A stretch of DNA of 63,675 nucleotides, filler included, from Reclinomonas americana ATCC 50394 (lineage: Eukaryota), in the NCBI GenBank assembly GCA_048213135.1. It is 9 parts of 9 records of this genome, joined end to end, with 100 filler letters (N's around TTAATTAATTAA, not from the genome) between each part and the next. Parts side by side here need not be neighbours in the genome. Positions count along the whole stretch, not along the records: positions 35,339 to 39,885 come from AFZH01017396.1; positions 39,986 to 42,827 come from AFZH01017397.1; positions 42,928 to 50,519 come from AFZH01017399.1; positions 50,620 to 60,981 come from AFZH01017400.1; 5 more parts are not named here. The stretch is one strand, 5' to 3'. Positions 39,851 through 51,488 of the stretch are shown here, one piece after another. Position 1 is the first letter of the stretch, and each line of letters begins with the position of its first letter. The notes under the pieces are model-generated. The model worked only from the letters and a program-made list of their open reading frames with translations, did not search any database and was not told where the DNA came from. Both the position numbers and the translations under genes were made by a program.

Positions 39851-39985
39851 GTACCCACCCCTCCCCTCCCTCTCTCCCTTTTCCCNNNNNNNNNNNNNNN
39901 NNNNNNNNNNNNNNNNNNNNNNNNNNNNNTTAATTAATTAANNNNNNNNNNNNNNNNNNNNNNNNNNNNNNNNNNNNNNNNNNNN

Positions 39986-40506
39986 GCAAGAGTGACGGAG
40001 AAGACACAGTGACGGAGAAGCAAGAGTGACAGAGAAGCAAGAGTGACAGAGAAGCAAGAATGACAGAGAAGCAAGAGTGACAGAGAAGCAAGAGTGACGG
40101 AGAAGCAAGAGTGACGGAGAAGCAAGAGTGACGGAGAAGCAAGAGTGACGGAGAAGCGAGAGTGACGGAGAAGCGAGAGTGACGGAGAAGCGAGAGTGAC
40201 AGAGAAGCAAGAGTGACAGAGAAGCAAGAGTGACGGAGAAGCAAGAGTGACGGAGAAGCAAGAGTGACGGAGAAGCAAGAGTGACGGAGAAGCAAGAGTG
40301 ACGGTGAAGCGAGAGTGACGGTGAAGCGAGAGTGACGGTGAAGCGAGAGTGACGGTGAAGCGAGAGTGACGGTGAAGCAGAGTGACAGAGAAGCAGAGTG
40401 ACAGAGAAGCAGAGTGACAGAGAAGCAGAGTGACAGAGAAGCAGAGTGACAGAGAAGCAGAGTGACAGAGACAGAGAAGCGAGAGTGACAGAGAAGCGAG
40501 AGTGAC
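39986..40506. repeat. 17-bp/15-bp tandem repeat (GCAAGAGTGACGGAGAA / GCAGAGTGACAGAGAA)
   Basis: About 30 contiguous units with no spacers, at the edge of an assembly gap. Confidence 0.95.
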
Positions 40507-40661
40507 GTGATATCGCTCTCCTCTTCTGTCGCTCTCCTCTCCTCCTTCCCCTTCCTTCCCCTTCCCCTTTCCCCCTTCCCCTTTCCCTCCTCCCCCCTTC
40601 CCCCCTTCCCCCTTCCCCCTTCCCCCTTCCCCCAATCTCACTTCCCCTTTGTCTCCCACAG

Positions 40662-40842
40662 AAACATCCCTCAAGTCGGCATGCCGGAGCGCGTGGTGGA
40701 GGCACACATCTCGCGCGTGCAGATCACGCGTTTGCTGCGAAGTGTGGTGGCCGAGCCGGAGGTTGGCGCGGCAGGCCCGTCAGCCCCGAGCGCCGTGGAT
40801 CGCGTGCGGAGTGCACTGCAGCAGAGCTGTTCACTTATGTGA
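40662..40842 (+). CDS. Terminal exon ending in CaaX box (CSLM), possibly of the TROVE gene
   Basis: Polypyrimidine tract and CAG acceptor at 40661, then NIPQVGMPERVVEAH...ALQQSCSLM*. Confidence 0.55.
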
Positions 40843-41069
40843 TGAGGAGTGAATGGCAGTTTCGGTGGACACTTTCACATTATCTTCGATTCATTTGTAG
40901 TCTGAACAGTTGTATTGTGAGCACAACCAGCGCGACGAGCGCCACGGCACAGAATGCAAGAATGGTTCCGCGTTGGCTGTGATTGAGTGGTGGGAGAGAG
41001 AGGGAGACAATGTTGCCGATGAGATTTCATTTGCCTCAAGACACCCTTCAAAAAAGTAGGAAAAACTGC

Positions 41070-42779
41070 TCACATGGCGGTGACGTTGTCGGTGAGGTCG
41101 CCGGCAGGCGACAGCTTGAGGTGACGAACACCGTGGCTCGGGACTTCGAGCTCGAAGCTATCGGTGAACGTGCCTGGTTGGGAGAGATACAACAAAACAG
41201 CAGGCAGTGAGTACGCTGCATTCTCTAGATGGAGGACTTCTCTTTCTCACTTTGCATGGCCTGAGATCAGTAAGTTCTCCCCTCTCTCCCCTTCTCTTTC
41301 CTCTTCGGATGGCGAATAGGTGTGTTCTCTCTTCTTCCAGTCTCTCTCTTCTCGAATCGCTTCCTCCCTTCCGCCCTTCTCTCCATATTCTCTGTCTCCT
41401 CTCACTCCCTCTCCTTTTCCTGCCATTTTTATCCTGCACTCTCACTTCCCCTCTCTTCCCACTCCTTCTCACGTTCTTCCCTGCCTCACCTCTCTCCCTT
41501 CCTTCATCTATCTCACCTCTTCTCCTCAATATCCTCTCTCTTCCCACTCCTTCTCACGTTCTACCCTGACTCACGTCCCGCTCTTCCTCCATCTCTCTCG
41601 CCTCTCCCTTCTCCTCTCTCTCCCGTCTCTCTCGCATTTCAAAGCACTTATCGAGATTGGCGTGCTCTTCCTCTCTTCTGTGCTATTCTCTCCTCATTCC
41701 CTTTCTTCCCACCGTACTCAGTATTCTCGCCTTTCTCTTCTCCTCTTCCTCACCTCTCCCTCTCCTTCTCCCTCAACCCTCCCTTCCCCCTCCCTCTCCC
41801 CTTCTCATCACACACCAATGTCTGCATGTTGCCACAGATCGCGCACGGCAAAGATGCGCCCGGCTGGCTTCGGATCCAGCAGCGAAAAGTCGAACTTGAA
41901 CTTCTCCGAGAAGGTGCCCTTGTTGAAGAGCACGACACTGTGCGCGTTGCCGTACATGGCCTTGGACCACATTTGCTTGTGGTACAGGCTGTGCGCAGAC
42001 ACAAGGGTGAGGGGAAAGATAAGGCCATGTAGACGACGTGCAAGAAACAACGCAACAGGCCCTCCTTCTTCCGCAAATCGCCGGCCACACCTGCGAGGCA
42101 CACAAGTCAGCGATTCACAAACCCGACAGCCACACACAGAGGCACTTGCACTCACCCAGCGGGTCTTGGTTGACGGCAATCACCTGGTAGCAACGTGTTA
42201 ATCAATGTGGCGAACAGAAACACTTGAATTCGACAAACCTCGTGGTTCATGAGGATGCTCGCCACCGTGTCGGGCATGTGCGTAATGTCGTTGCCCTGCA
42301 GGCGACAGTGAGACCTTGCACGATGGCTTGATGATGGGAATGAACGCAACAGCAATCAGAGGCGCGTTCATGATGCTCCACAGGCTGAAATGCGCTTGGT
42401 ACTCGGTCTGTGTACGCAATGGAAGTTCAGTGCACCATAGAGACGAAGAGAGAGAGAGAGAGAGACACGATTTCGCTCCGACCTGGGTCCAGTTGCCGTT
42501 GCCAATCTGCGTCAAGCGTCGCGATGAGTGAGCGACACGGTTTCTCTCATCGTCAACTTCCCGATCTCACCTCCAGCATGTCGGGATCGTTCCACGCACC
42601 CGGGCCGGCGAACTGCAGAGTGTGGAGATGAGATGACGGGCGAGTTCACCGCACGACTGTGAAAGTAAGAACCTTGCCGAGTCCCTCCATGGCGTCCACA
42701 ATCTCCACCATGCGAATCCACAGCGGCTCAATGTCGCCTGTACCGCGTTGATTAGAACAGTAACGCATGCATTCGCGAC

Positions 42780-42826
<47 letters not shown>

Positions 42827-43169
42827 CNNNNNNNNNNNNNNNNNNNNNNNNNNNNNNNNNNNNNNNNNNNNTTAATTAATTAANNNNNNNNNNNNNNNNN
42901 NNNNNNNNNNNNNNNNNNNNNNNNNNNACTTCTCCCCTTCTCCTCTCCTTCTCCTCCCACTCTCTCTCTCTCTCCCTGCCTCACGCAACGAGTTCCACCC
43001 CATGGCCGGCGCTACACACACACACAATAAGACAACGCATTCACTCTCCTTCACACACACACACGCACTCCCTCTTTCACTCACTCTTGCCCAGCCCATT
43101 ATCCAACGCATGCGAGCAGCACACAGCTGCACACAACACCGCCAGTGCCACACACAGCACACGACGCAT
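41070..43169 (-). CDS. Secreted GH27 alpha-galactosidase / alpha-N-acetylgalactosaminidase (spans gap 42828-42927)
   Basis: Signal peptide, then LDNGLGKTPAMGWNS; AGPGAWNDPDMLE; HFSLWSIMNAPLIAGND; VNQDPLG; C-terminal beta domain with VPSHGV. Confidence 0.9.
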
Positions 43170-43229
43170 CTCTCACAAACAAACACACACTCAGTCGATC
43201 GATCTTCACTCACTCACACTCTTCTCAAC

Positions 43230-44964
43230 ATGCAGCTGCCTGAGTGGACACCACCCATCCTCTTCACCACGCTCTTTGCGTGGTACCTCTTCTTCAAGGC
43301 ATGTCTCACTGTCTCACTGCCTCACACTCATTGCTCACTCTTGTCACTCACAGATGCAGTTACGCGACAGCAGCACTGGGAAACGCAGCAACACAATGCT
43401 CTACACTGCGCTTTTCGTGGCCTTTGTCGGCGGAGGATATGCACTGTTGGCCTATGAGCAACGGTCTTGGTGTTGTCTCCTCTTTGTCAGTCGCCGCCTC
43501 CTGCTGCTCACCAACTGCCAGCACAGACTGCCGCTCAACTTGTATCAAATGCTGCAGTTGGATCCGCGCGAGGCCGACTCGTGGACAACTGCAGGTATTT
43601 GCTTGTTGTCAGTCTTCAGCAGATCGATTTCTGCTTCTTTTTTTCGCTCACGTGCGCGCGCGAAGATATCAAGCGAGCGTTTCGGGAGGCCTCGCGTACG
43701 TATCACCCCGATCGCAATCATGAGCCGGGTGCCGATGAGCTGTTTGCGCGATTGACCAGTGGTGAGAAGATTGTTTGTTTGTGTCCACGTACGTGTTTTT
43801 CCGATTGCTGAGAGATGGACGAGAACTGCAGCGCAAGAGTTACTCGGCAACACGCAACGAAGGCGATTGTATAATAGGCATGGCGTGGAGGATCAGGTGC
43901 GCTTCCTGCTTTTTGCCTTCTTCTTCTCGTCTCTCCTTCCCGCTCATCGCTCTCTTTCTTTTTCTCTTCTCTTATCTCTTCCCTTCGCCACTTCTCTCAT
44001 CTCTTCCCTCCCCTTCCCTTCCCTCCCTCTCTTTCCCTTCCCTTCTCTTCTCGCCTCTTCTCTCCTTCTCTCTTTCTTTCCTCCTCCACTCTTCTCTTAT
44101 CTCTTCCCTTCCCTTCCTTTTCGTCTCTCCTCTCCTCTCCTTTTCTTCCCTCATCTCTCCGCTCCTCTTCTTTCTCTTCTCCTCTCGACAACCCTTCCTC
44201 TTCTCCTCCCTTCTCTTCTCTCCTTTCTTCCGCTGTCCTCTCCTCTTCTCATCTCTTCCCTCTTCCCGTCTCTTATCCTCCCTTCCCTTCACCACTCTTG
44301 TGTTCTCTTCTCCTCACGTCTCTGCTCATCTCTTCCTTCCCTTCCCTTCCCCTCTTCTCCCCTCTCCTCTCTTCTTTTCGTCGGCAGGTGACGTGCGACG
44401 ACAGCGCTTCGTGTATCGGCGAGTCGGCATCACCATACCTCGTGTGGCTGCTGGCGTGGCTCGTGCTGACGGTCATTGTGGATCAAGGGGTGCCGGCACG
44501 CAAGTTTGTGTTTTGGAGTTGCGCTACTATCGATCATGTCGTGGTCGCTTGCGCGCGAGCATGCGTCTCCTCACCGTGTGGTGATCGCACAGCCATGGTG
44601 ATTAGCATCTCCGTGGAGACGGCCATTCGCACCGGCAGCATCACCAATCAGTGGGCGTCGCTGCTGCAGCTGCACCCGCACCGACTGGAGTTCGAGAATG
44701 CCCAGTTGTTCCGCGAAGTTGCGCGCCCTGTCTCGCCGCACTTCCTCCTGCCCCGCACCTCACTCACCGCGTTGTTGCTGCCAGTTCTTCATGTGGGTCA
44801 CCGCCTGCCGCTTCGTGCTGGCGCTCCTGCAAGGCTCCTCGGCACGCGACGACCTGCAGCTGAGCGTCGACAAGCTGAAACTGCAAGTCGATATGCTGAC
44901 GCAGCGTCTCGCCACACTCGAAAAACAGCGGCGGCTCGACGAGAGCTCCACACAGTCACATTAA
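43230..44964 (+). CDS. Membrane-anchored DnaJ (J-domain) protein
   Basis: N-terminal TM helices, then NLYQMLQL...DIKRAFREASRTYHPDRN...LLGNTQRRRLYNRHG, further TM helices and a C-terminal coiled coil. Confidence 0.82.
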
Positions 44965-45072
44965 AGCACAGCACAGCATAGCACAACGAACGTCGGCGAC
45001 ACTGGTGTGTGTCCCTCACTCTCCGTCCCTCAATTTCGTTAGAGATAGACCGAAGAAGAGAGGCGCGCGCGA

Positions 45073-48000
45073 ATGCGAATGCCACCTCTGCGTGTCCTTC
45101 TCGCTCTCTCCCTCTGTGTCTTCCTCCTCCTCTTCTGCAGCTCCTGCATTCGTGTGAGTGAGGCCGACTTGGTGGAGAACAGTGACAATAATGATGATGG
45201 CGAGGAGGTGTTTGACAGCGACGACACCATGTTTCTGCCTCCGTGGCCCGTGCTCGGCTTCACTGTTGGTTGGGCCGAGGGCACACCCGGACTTCTCTCC
45301 TCCAACATGCTCTGTCAGCTCGACGATGCTCCGAATCTGCATGTTGCTGGTTGGCAAACCCCTCCCCCTTTATCTCTCTCACACACACTCACTCATGTGC
45401 GTGACAGCGGAGCGGTGCTTGCGGCAGCACAGTGCACACCCCGATCACTATGAGACACTGTACGTGCAGTTGATGGAGTTTATGCGCAATCAGCTACGCG
45501 GCTTGCATGAGGAGGTTTGCGGCATTCCCGCGGCATCATGCGCATATGAGTGAGTGCACTGATCGCTTTCTCTCTGGATAGCGTCAGAGGAATCCGCAGT
45601 CGAATGTTCCGCACTACCCGTCTCTGTCGGAGACGGAGACGTGGTTCAATCACAAGCGACAGTGGCCGATCGAGGGCGTGTACATGATCAAGGACGGTGT
45701 GACGTATCCGTGCATGCTCGGCGATGCTCGTGAAGTGTCGGCCGCAGGTGACGTGTGCATGTGCTCTCCGCCGTTGTCGCCCTCTTTGTGTGACGGAATC
45801 GTGTGTCCGTGGCAGCCGCTCGCTGCGTGGAGCAGCACAAGTTGCCGGTGTCGATGGTGGCCGATGCGACTGCCATTCTGAACGAGGAACTCAACAAGGT
45901 CTCCTTTCCGGCGAGTGTGTCTCACGCTGTGCCCGCCTGACCTCACTGCACTGTTCCTGTCGTGCAGGCGTACGCGGCCATGGATGTGACGCCGACCGAT
46001 CAGTGGAACATTTCTGGCGTGCGCATCAAGGTCGGGGAGACGCTTCTCGACTGCCCGTTCCTGCCAGGCGGTACGCTGGAGGAGGCCGGTGTGTAGCTGT
46101 GTGTGTGTGGTGGAGTTTCCACTCTCTCTCGACGATTCACTTGTTCCCGCGTGCAGCCTTGCATTGCATCTTGCGCAACGGGCTCGATCCGTCGCTGCAC
46201 GAGACCGTGGTCCACTATCTGAAGGCGCACATCGAGGGCGAGATTGAGGTGCGGTGCCGTGCCTGTCTCCCTTGCTCAGCTGATGATTATCTGCCTGCTG
46301 AGTACATTCATGCTCGGGAGCGCAGAAACAAGAACTCGTGCACTCATCGCTGTCTGACGAGATGGAGGTTCCGTGACACACAATGCTGCGCCAGTTCTGC
46401 ATTGGTACACATTGGTTGACTTTTTTGTTGTTTTTGTTGTGTGTGTGGTGTCGCAGAGGCGAAAAACACCAGTGATGGTGCGTTCCTCGATGAGCGACTT
46501 GCCTATTTTCTGTTGCTCATCATCGCTTCTGTGCAGTCGTTGCCGCCCGACATGTTTGCCAACAATGTTGATGAGCGGACTCCCGAGGTGTGTATCCCAT
46601 GGCTGTTGCGCACACGCATGCACGCACGTCGTCACTCACATGTCTCTTTGCAGAACACCGAGGATGCATCGTCGCGACCTCCACTGGCCGCGTGGCGCTA
46701 CGGCGGCGAGTTCCTGCTCATCAACGGCAACACGACACCCTTCTGCAACATCATGTGTATCGACGTGCCACGAGCAAGTGCGTTCCGCAGTGTGCGACTC
46801 ATCCTTCTGCTTTTCCCTGCGCCACATTCTCCCTGTCTTCCTCCATTCTCTCTTCTCTCGTCTCCGCCTGCTTCCTCCCTCTTGTCTCCTTTCCTCCCGC
46901 TCCTCTCTTCTACGCTTCTTCTTCCTTCGCCCCACCCCGTCCCTCACCCTTCCTCCAACCAACATCTCGTTCGCCATCTTCCTCTCGTTGTTTCTATCTC
47001 CACGTTCCTCTCCTGTCCTCTCATCGTCTTCTTCTCTCCCAACTGCCTTCTCTCATTCCTCCTTTTCTTCTCCTTCTCCTTTCTCCTCCTCACTCTTCGC
47101 CCTTTCCTCTCTGCCTTTCCGCTTCTCATCGCCGTCTTACCTCACGTTTCCTCTTCTCTTATTCATTTTCTCCCTTCCTCACTCTTCCTGCTTTCCTTCT
47201 CTTTCTCCTCCCTCCTCACCCCCTTCCCCCATTTTCTTCTTCCTCCCTCTTTGCCCCTTTTTGCAGTCATTCGCGAGGCATGCAAATGCACATCGGTGGC
47301 ATCCGACTTCACCGCACGCGGCCTCTACATGGACCCTCCGCCGCTGCCGGACATGACGGGCGTGGTGCGTCCCGGCTACGACCGCAGCTTGCTGCCGCAG
47401 ACATTTTGCCACAATCTGGAGCAATGGCTGTGGAACGCACTCACCTCACCGAAAGCGCTCAAGGAGGTGCAAATGGCGGTGGGGCGTCCGCGCGCACCGC
47501 AACCCTCGTCTCTCTTCACCAGCAACTTCAAGGAGAATCCCAGCTACATGCGCAAGTTGGCCGACAAGCTGAAAAACGGACCGCACACGCTGACCGACGA
47601 CGGGCTCGTGGTGTTCACGGTGGTGACGTTGCGACCGACGATGGCCGGCGAGGCGTGGGCCAACATGATGAAGAACTGGATTGTGAGCTTTGCCGCCGTG
47701 TACGGCAAGGATCGCCTGCCGCTGATGATTTGCTCGGACGAGTACACTCGCAAGCGAGTGGTGGAGCTGGCCGGCGGCGACGAACGCATTGCGCTGGTCG
47801 ACGACTCCAAGTGGTACGGCTGCTCCTATTGATTATTTCATGTCATGTTTTTTTTTGGCTTTCTCTTCTCCTCACGCGTGCACCAGGTGGCAGTCGCGCG
47901 GCACGGTGGGAGGTCCGTCGATGAAGGCCGACATTGCTGTCAACTTGAAGTGGCTGTACGGCTATCTGCTGGTGCGCTGCGGCTACCGGCCGTTCCATTT

Positions 48001-48671
48001 GGACGTGGACGCGGTGGTGCTCGGCGACGTTCGCCTCGCCTTCCCGCCAGTGCCGGCGGAGCAGGAGGCGGACTTGATGGCGCAGTGCGACTGCCTGGGC
48101 CAATGCAACGCGGCGAGTTTGCTGAGTGTGACACCGGTGCAGTCCGCCCGCAGCATGTGGAAGCGCACGCCGAGTCACGGATGCGTGGACGAGTCGCTGC
48201 ACGTGTGCGTGGAGCATCAGCGACGGCTCTGCTTTAGCGCCGGCGTGTGGAGCGCGCGGGCCAACGCCTACACGCTACGCTACTACGCACACGTAGTCGA
48301 CGTGCTCACTAACGACTGGTCGTTGTGGGAGCAAGATATGGGCAATCTGATCGCCGAGTACCACGTGCGCCTCGGCCGCCTCCGCTTCGCCTGGTTCGAC
48401 TTGCAGAGCGTCAACCACCAGCTCGGAATTCACAGCATGATAGACTTTGGGCACACCCCCGACCTGAAGCACCTCCTGGTGGTACGTACTCCACACGCAC
48501 TCTTGACTCTCACATAAGCACTCTCTCACCCCATCGCGACAGCTCCACGTGCTGGGCGAGTGGTCAACAAAGCTGATCCTGATGCAGAGATTCGGCGTGT
48601 GGAAGATCGCCTTTGACGACGAGAAGAAGGAGGAGAAGGCGGCACAGGAAACGAAGAATGCAATGAAGTAG
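45073..48671 (+). CDS. Nucleotide-diphospho-sugar transferase (GT77-like) with three N-terminal Cys-containing repeats, paralog 1
   Basis: Signal/anchor, MMKNWIVS, LKWLYGYLLVRCGYRPFHLDVDAV (DxD), FSAGVWSARAN, WEQDMGN, LHVLGEWSTKLILMQRFGVW. Confidence 0.75.
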
Positions 48672-48726
48672 AGTGGATGGTTTTCCCGAAGGCCGTCCGT
48701 GTTGTCTGTCCCACTCTTCGGTTGTC

Positions 48727-51401
48727 ATGCGAGGTGGCGCGTGGCGGCAATGGCTGCTGCCACTTTTGCTGTCTGTGCTGGTGGTGCTCGTCGCTGTGCC
48801 TCCAGGAGCAGCAGCATTCGACTGGCCAGTTGCGGGAGTGTCACTGGCCATTGATGGTCGGCCGCTTGTGTGCATGCTGGAGCCGTTCATGGAGTCATAC
48901 CTGCACGCTGGTGCGCTATCTCAATCCCCCTCCACACACACAAGAGAGCAGCAACACTCATCACTGCTCTCTCTCTTTTCCTCCTGTGCATGCACCAGCG
49001 GTTGCATGCTTGCAAGCGCAGCATCTGAGTGTGCGCGGTGCACAAGAGCTCTCAAAGGAGATACAACGCAGTGTGGAGCTGCACGTGTTTGGATCGACCA
49101 CAGTGGAGCCTGCGTCGCCGTTCTCACCACGCGCTCTCATGCCTGTCAGTGCAGTTGCGACATGCATGCATCGGAAATTCGTTCTCCCGCGCGCGTGTGC
49201 ATCATTCACATTCGTTTTCATGGTGTGCGTTCAGTGGCCTGTGGAGGGTGTCATGACCTCGGTGCTCGGGCAGCAGTACGCGTGCTCCTTTGAGGGCAGT
49301 GCATCAGTGGCCGATGCTGCCGCGCAGTGCGTGAAGAGACACGAGTTGGGAGAGTTTCTCGTCGGCGAGATCGCGAAGGTGATGGAGACTGCGCTGTCGC
49401 AAGTCGCGCCAGTTGCGTTTCCGATTAGCAGAGTAGTGAACGGGCAGGCCTCTCTCTCTCACTGACTCCTCGTGTGCGTGCGCAGCGGTTTTTCGAGTCT
49501 GTCGAGCAAGTCGAAGACAGCAACATTGATGTGTACAACGATCCGCACTTTACGACACCCATGGCGCTCTCCATCGACGGCATGTACGTCAGTGTGGAGG
49601 ATCGTCTGATTACGTGCTGGTTCCGCTCGCCCGAGTCGTTCCTGCAAACCGGTTTGTGTGCACGTGTATGCATGCATAGATTCTATGGCAGCGCTGCTCA
49701 CCGACTGTGTGTCATCGTGCCAGCTGAGCGGTGCATGCAGGAGAACAACATTTCGCCCGGCTACTTGCCGCGCATTGTCAGGTCATTCTCCAGCATGATC
49801 GATCGCAACATATCGGTGCAGCTCCCGCACTCGCCTGCCTTCCTGTCGCTCACATGTGCCTGACTTGTTGCTGCGCGCATGCAGACACAACTCACAGCCG
49901 AGTCACTGCTGTCGCACTACTTTACGGTGCGTCGCCCGTCACGGTTGACAGCGTGGCATGATGCTTTGCCGCGCTCTCTTCCTGCATCTGTTCCCCCTTC
50001 TCTTCTCCGCTCTCTTCCCCCCTCTTCGCCCATCTCTTCCCCCTTTCTCTTCCCCTTCCTCTTCCTCACTGCCGTGCATCATCACCAGACTCGTGCAGCG
50101 CTGCGCAATCGACCGACCGACATTGCACCGTTCAACACGACAGCCGCACTGGTGTGATCTCCCCTTGCGTGCGTTCACCGCGTCTCTTCTGTACAACTAG
50201 CTCATATGCGTGGCGTTGTGTTGGCAGAGTGTGCATGTGGGATCCACGGATGCGGTTCGGCGCCTTTTGAGCATGCTTGCTGCTGCACTGCCTCGGCACT
50301 CACCGATCGCTGTTGCACAGTTGCCGGCATCGACTCGCTCTCCTCGTGAACCGTTTGCCGCATGGACCTTCGCCGCTGATTTCATCCGCGAGGGCAGCCA
50401 GAGTGCATCGTACTGTGCGCTGCTGTGTGCAGACCACCCCGTCGATGGTATCACCGCGTGCTGTCGCCACTCCTCTGCTCGCCTGTTGCCCGGTCCTCAG
50501 CACCTTTCGCTGACCCACANNNNNNNNNNNNNNNNNNNNNNNNNNNNNNNNNNNNNNNNNNNNTTAATTAATTAANNNNNNNNNNNNNNNNNNNNNNNNN
50601 NNNNNNNNNNNNNNNNNNNCTCCGTGTGTGCTGAACAATGCCATGCAGGCACATTGGTCGTGGTCTGGTGGGCGGCGAGCTGCACAAGGGCGACGTGTCG
50701 CTCAACCTCAAGTGGCTCTACGCCTACATGATTCTGCGCTGTGGTTTCCGTCCGTTCTACATTGACATTGATGCGTTGCCGGTGAACGACCTGCGAGTGC
50801 TGCCTGCAATTAGCAGCGAGCGGTACGCTCCGGACCTGGTGGCACAGTCGGACTGCTGCGCCGGCTGCCGTGCCAATGAGCTCCTGTCGATGCCGGCGGC
50901 GCGGCGCATGTGGGAGTCGTTCAACGTGGCCCCACCAGGCTGCATCGACAAGTCGTATCGCGCCTGTCGCCAACACCAGCGGCGTTTCTGTCTGTCGGGA
51001 GGCGTTTGGTCGGCCCGCGCGTCGATCTACACGCTCAGTCTGTACGCACACATTGTCGATACGTTGCACGCCGAGTGGGAGTGGTGGGAGCAGGACGTGG
51101 CCAACTTCCTCGTCGAATACCACACTCGCCTCGGCCGACTCACATTCGACTGGTTCGACTTGCGTTCGGTGAATCACCAGCTCGGCTACACCACCGTGTA
51201 CGACAATCTCGGCTATCTACCCAGCGAGGAAGTAGTGGTGGTGAGTACTGTAACGCGCAGCGACTGGCGACCAAGTCGTAACGACGCTCATCCAATTCCG
51301 CACATATACAGCTGCATTTCATGGGACCGTGGAACCGGAAGATCGCAATGATGAAGAAGCTTGGCGTATGGCTGGTCGATGAACCAATGCAGTCGTCATA
51401 A
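48727..51401 (+). CDS. GT77-like glycosyltransferase paralog 2 (spans gap 50520-50619)
   Basis: Signal peptide and the same N-terminal repeats, then LKWLYAYMILRCGFRPFYIDIDAL, LSGGVWSARAS, WEQDVAN, LHFMGPWNRKIAMMKKLGVW. Confidence 0.75.
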
Positions 51402-51488
51402 GAAAGTGAAGAGGGGGTGCGGACAATCGTCGGCGGTCGGGGTGTGTAAGCATTGCATTTATTGTTTGCTTTTGTAAGCAAGCGCGAG

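Noticed and set aside
38976..39933. ORFs with MKEAAAG / FIPAAAS heptad repeats
   Set aside because: They are translations of a 21-bp intronic repeat between TROVE exons bounded by GT and AG.
39986..40506. Regular repeat array as CRISPR or telomere
   Set aside because: The units are contiguous with no unique spacers, there are no cas genes, and the context is intronic and eukaryotic. It is a simple minisatellite.
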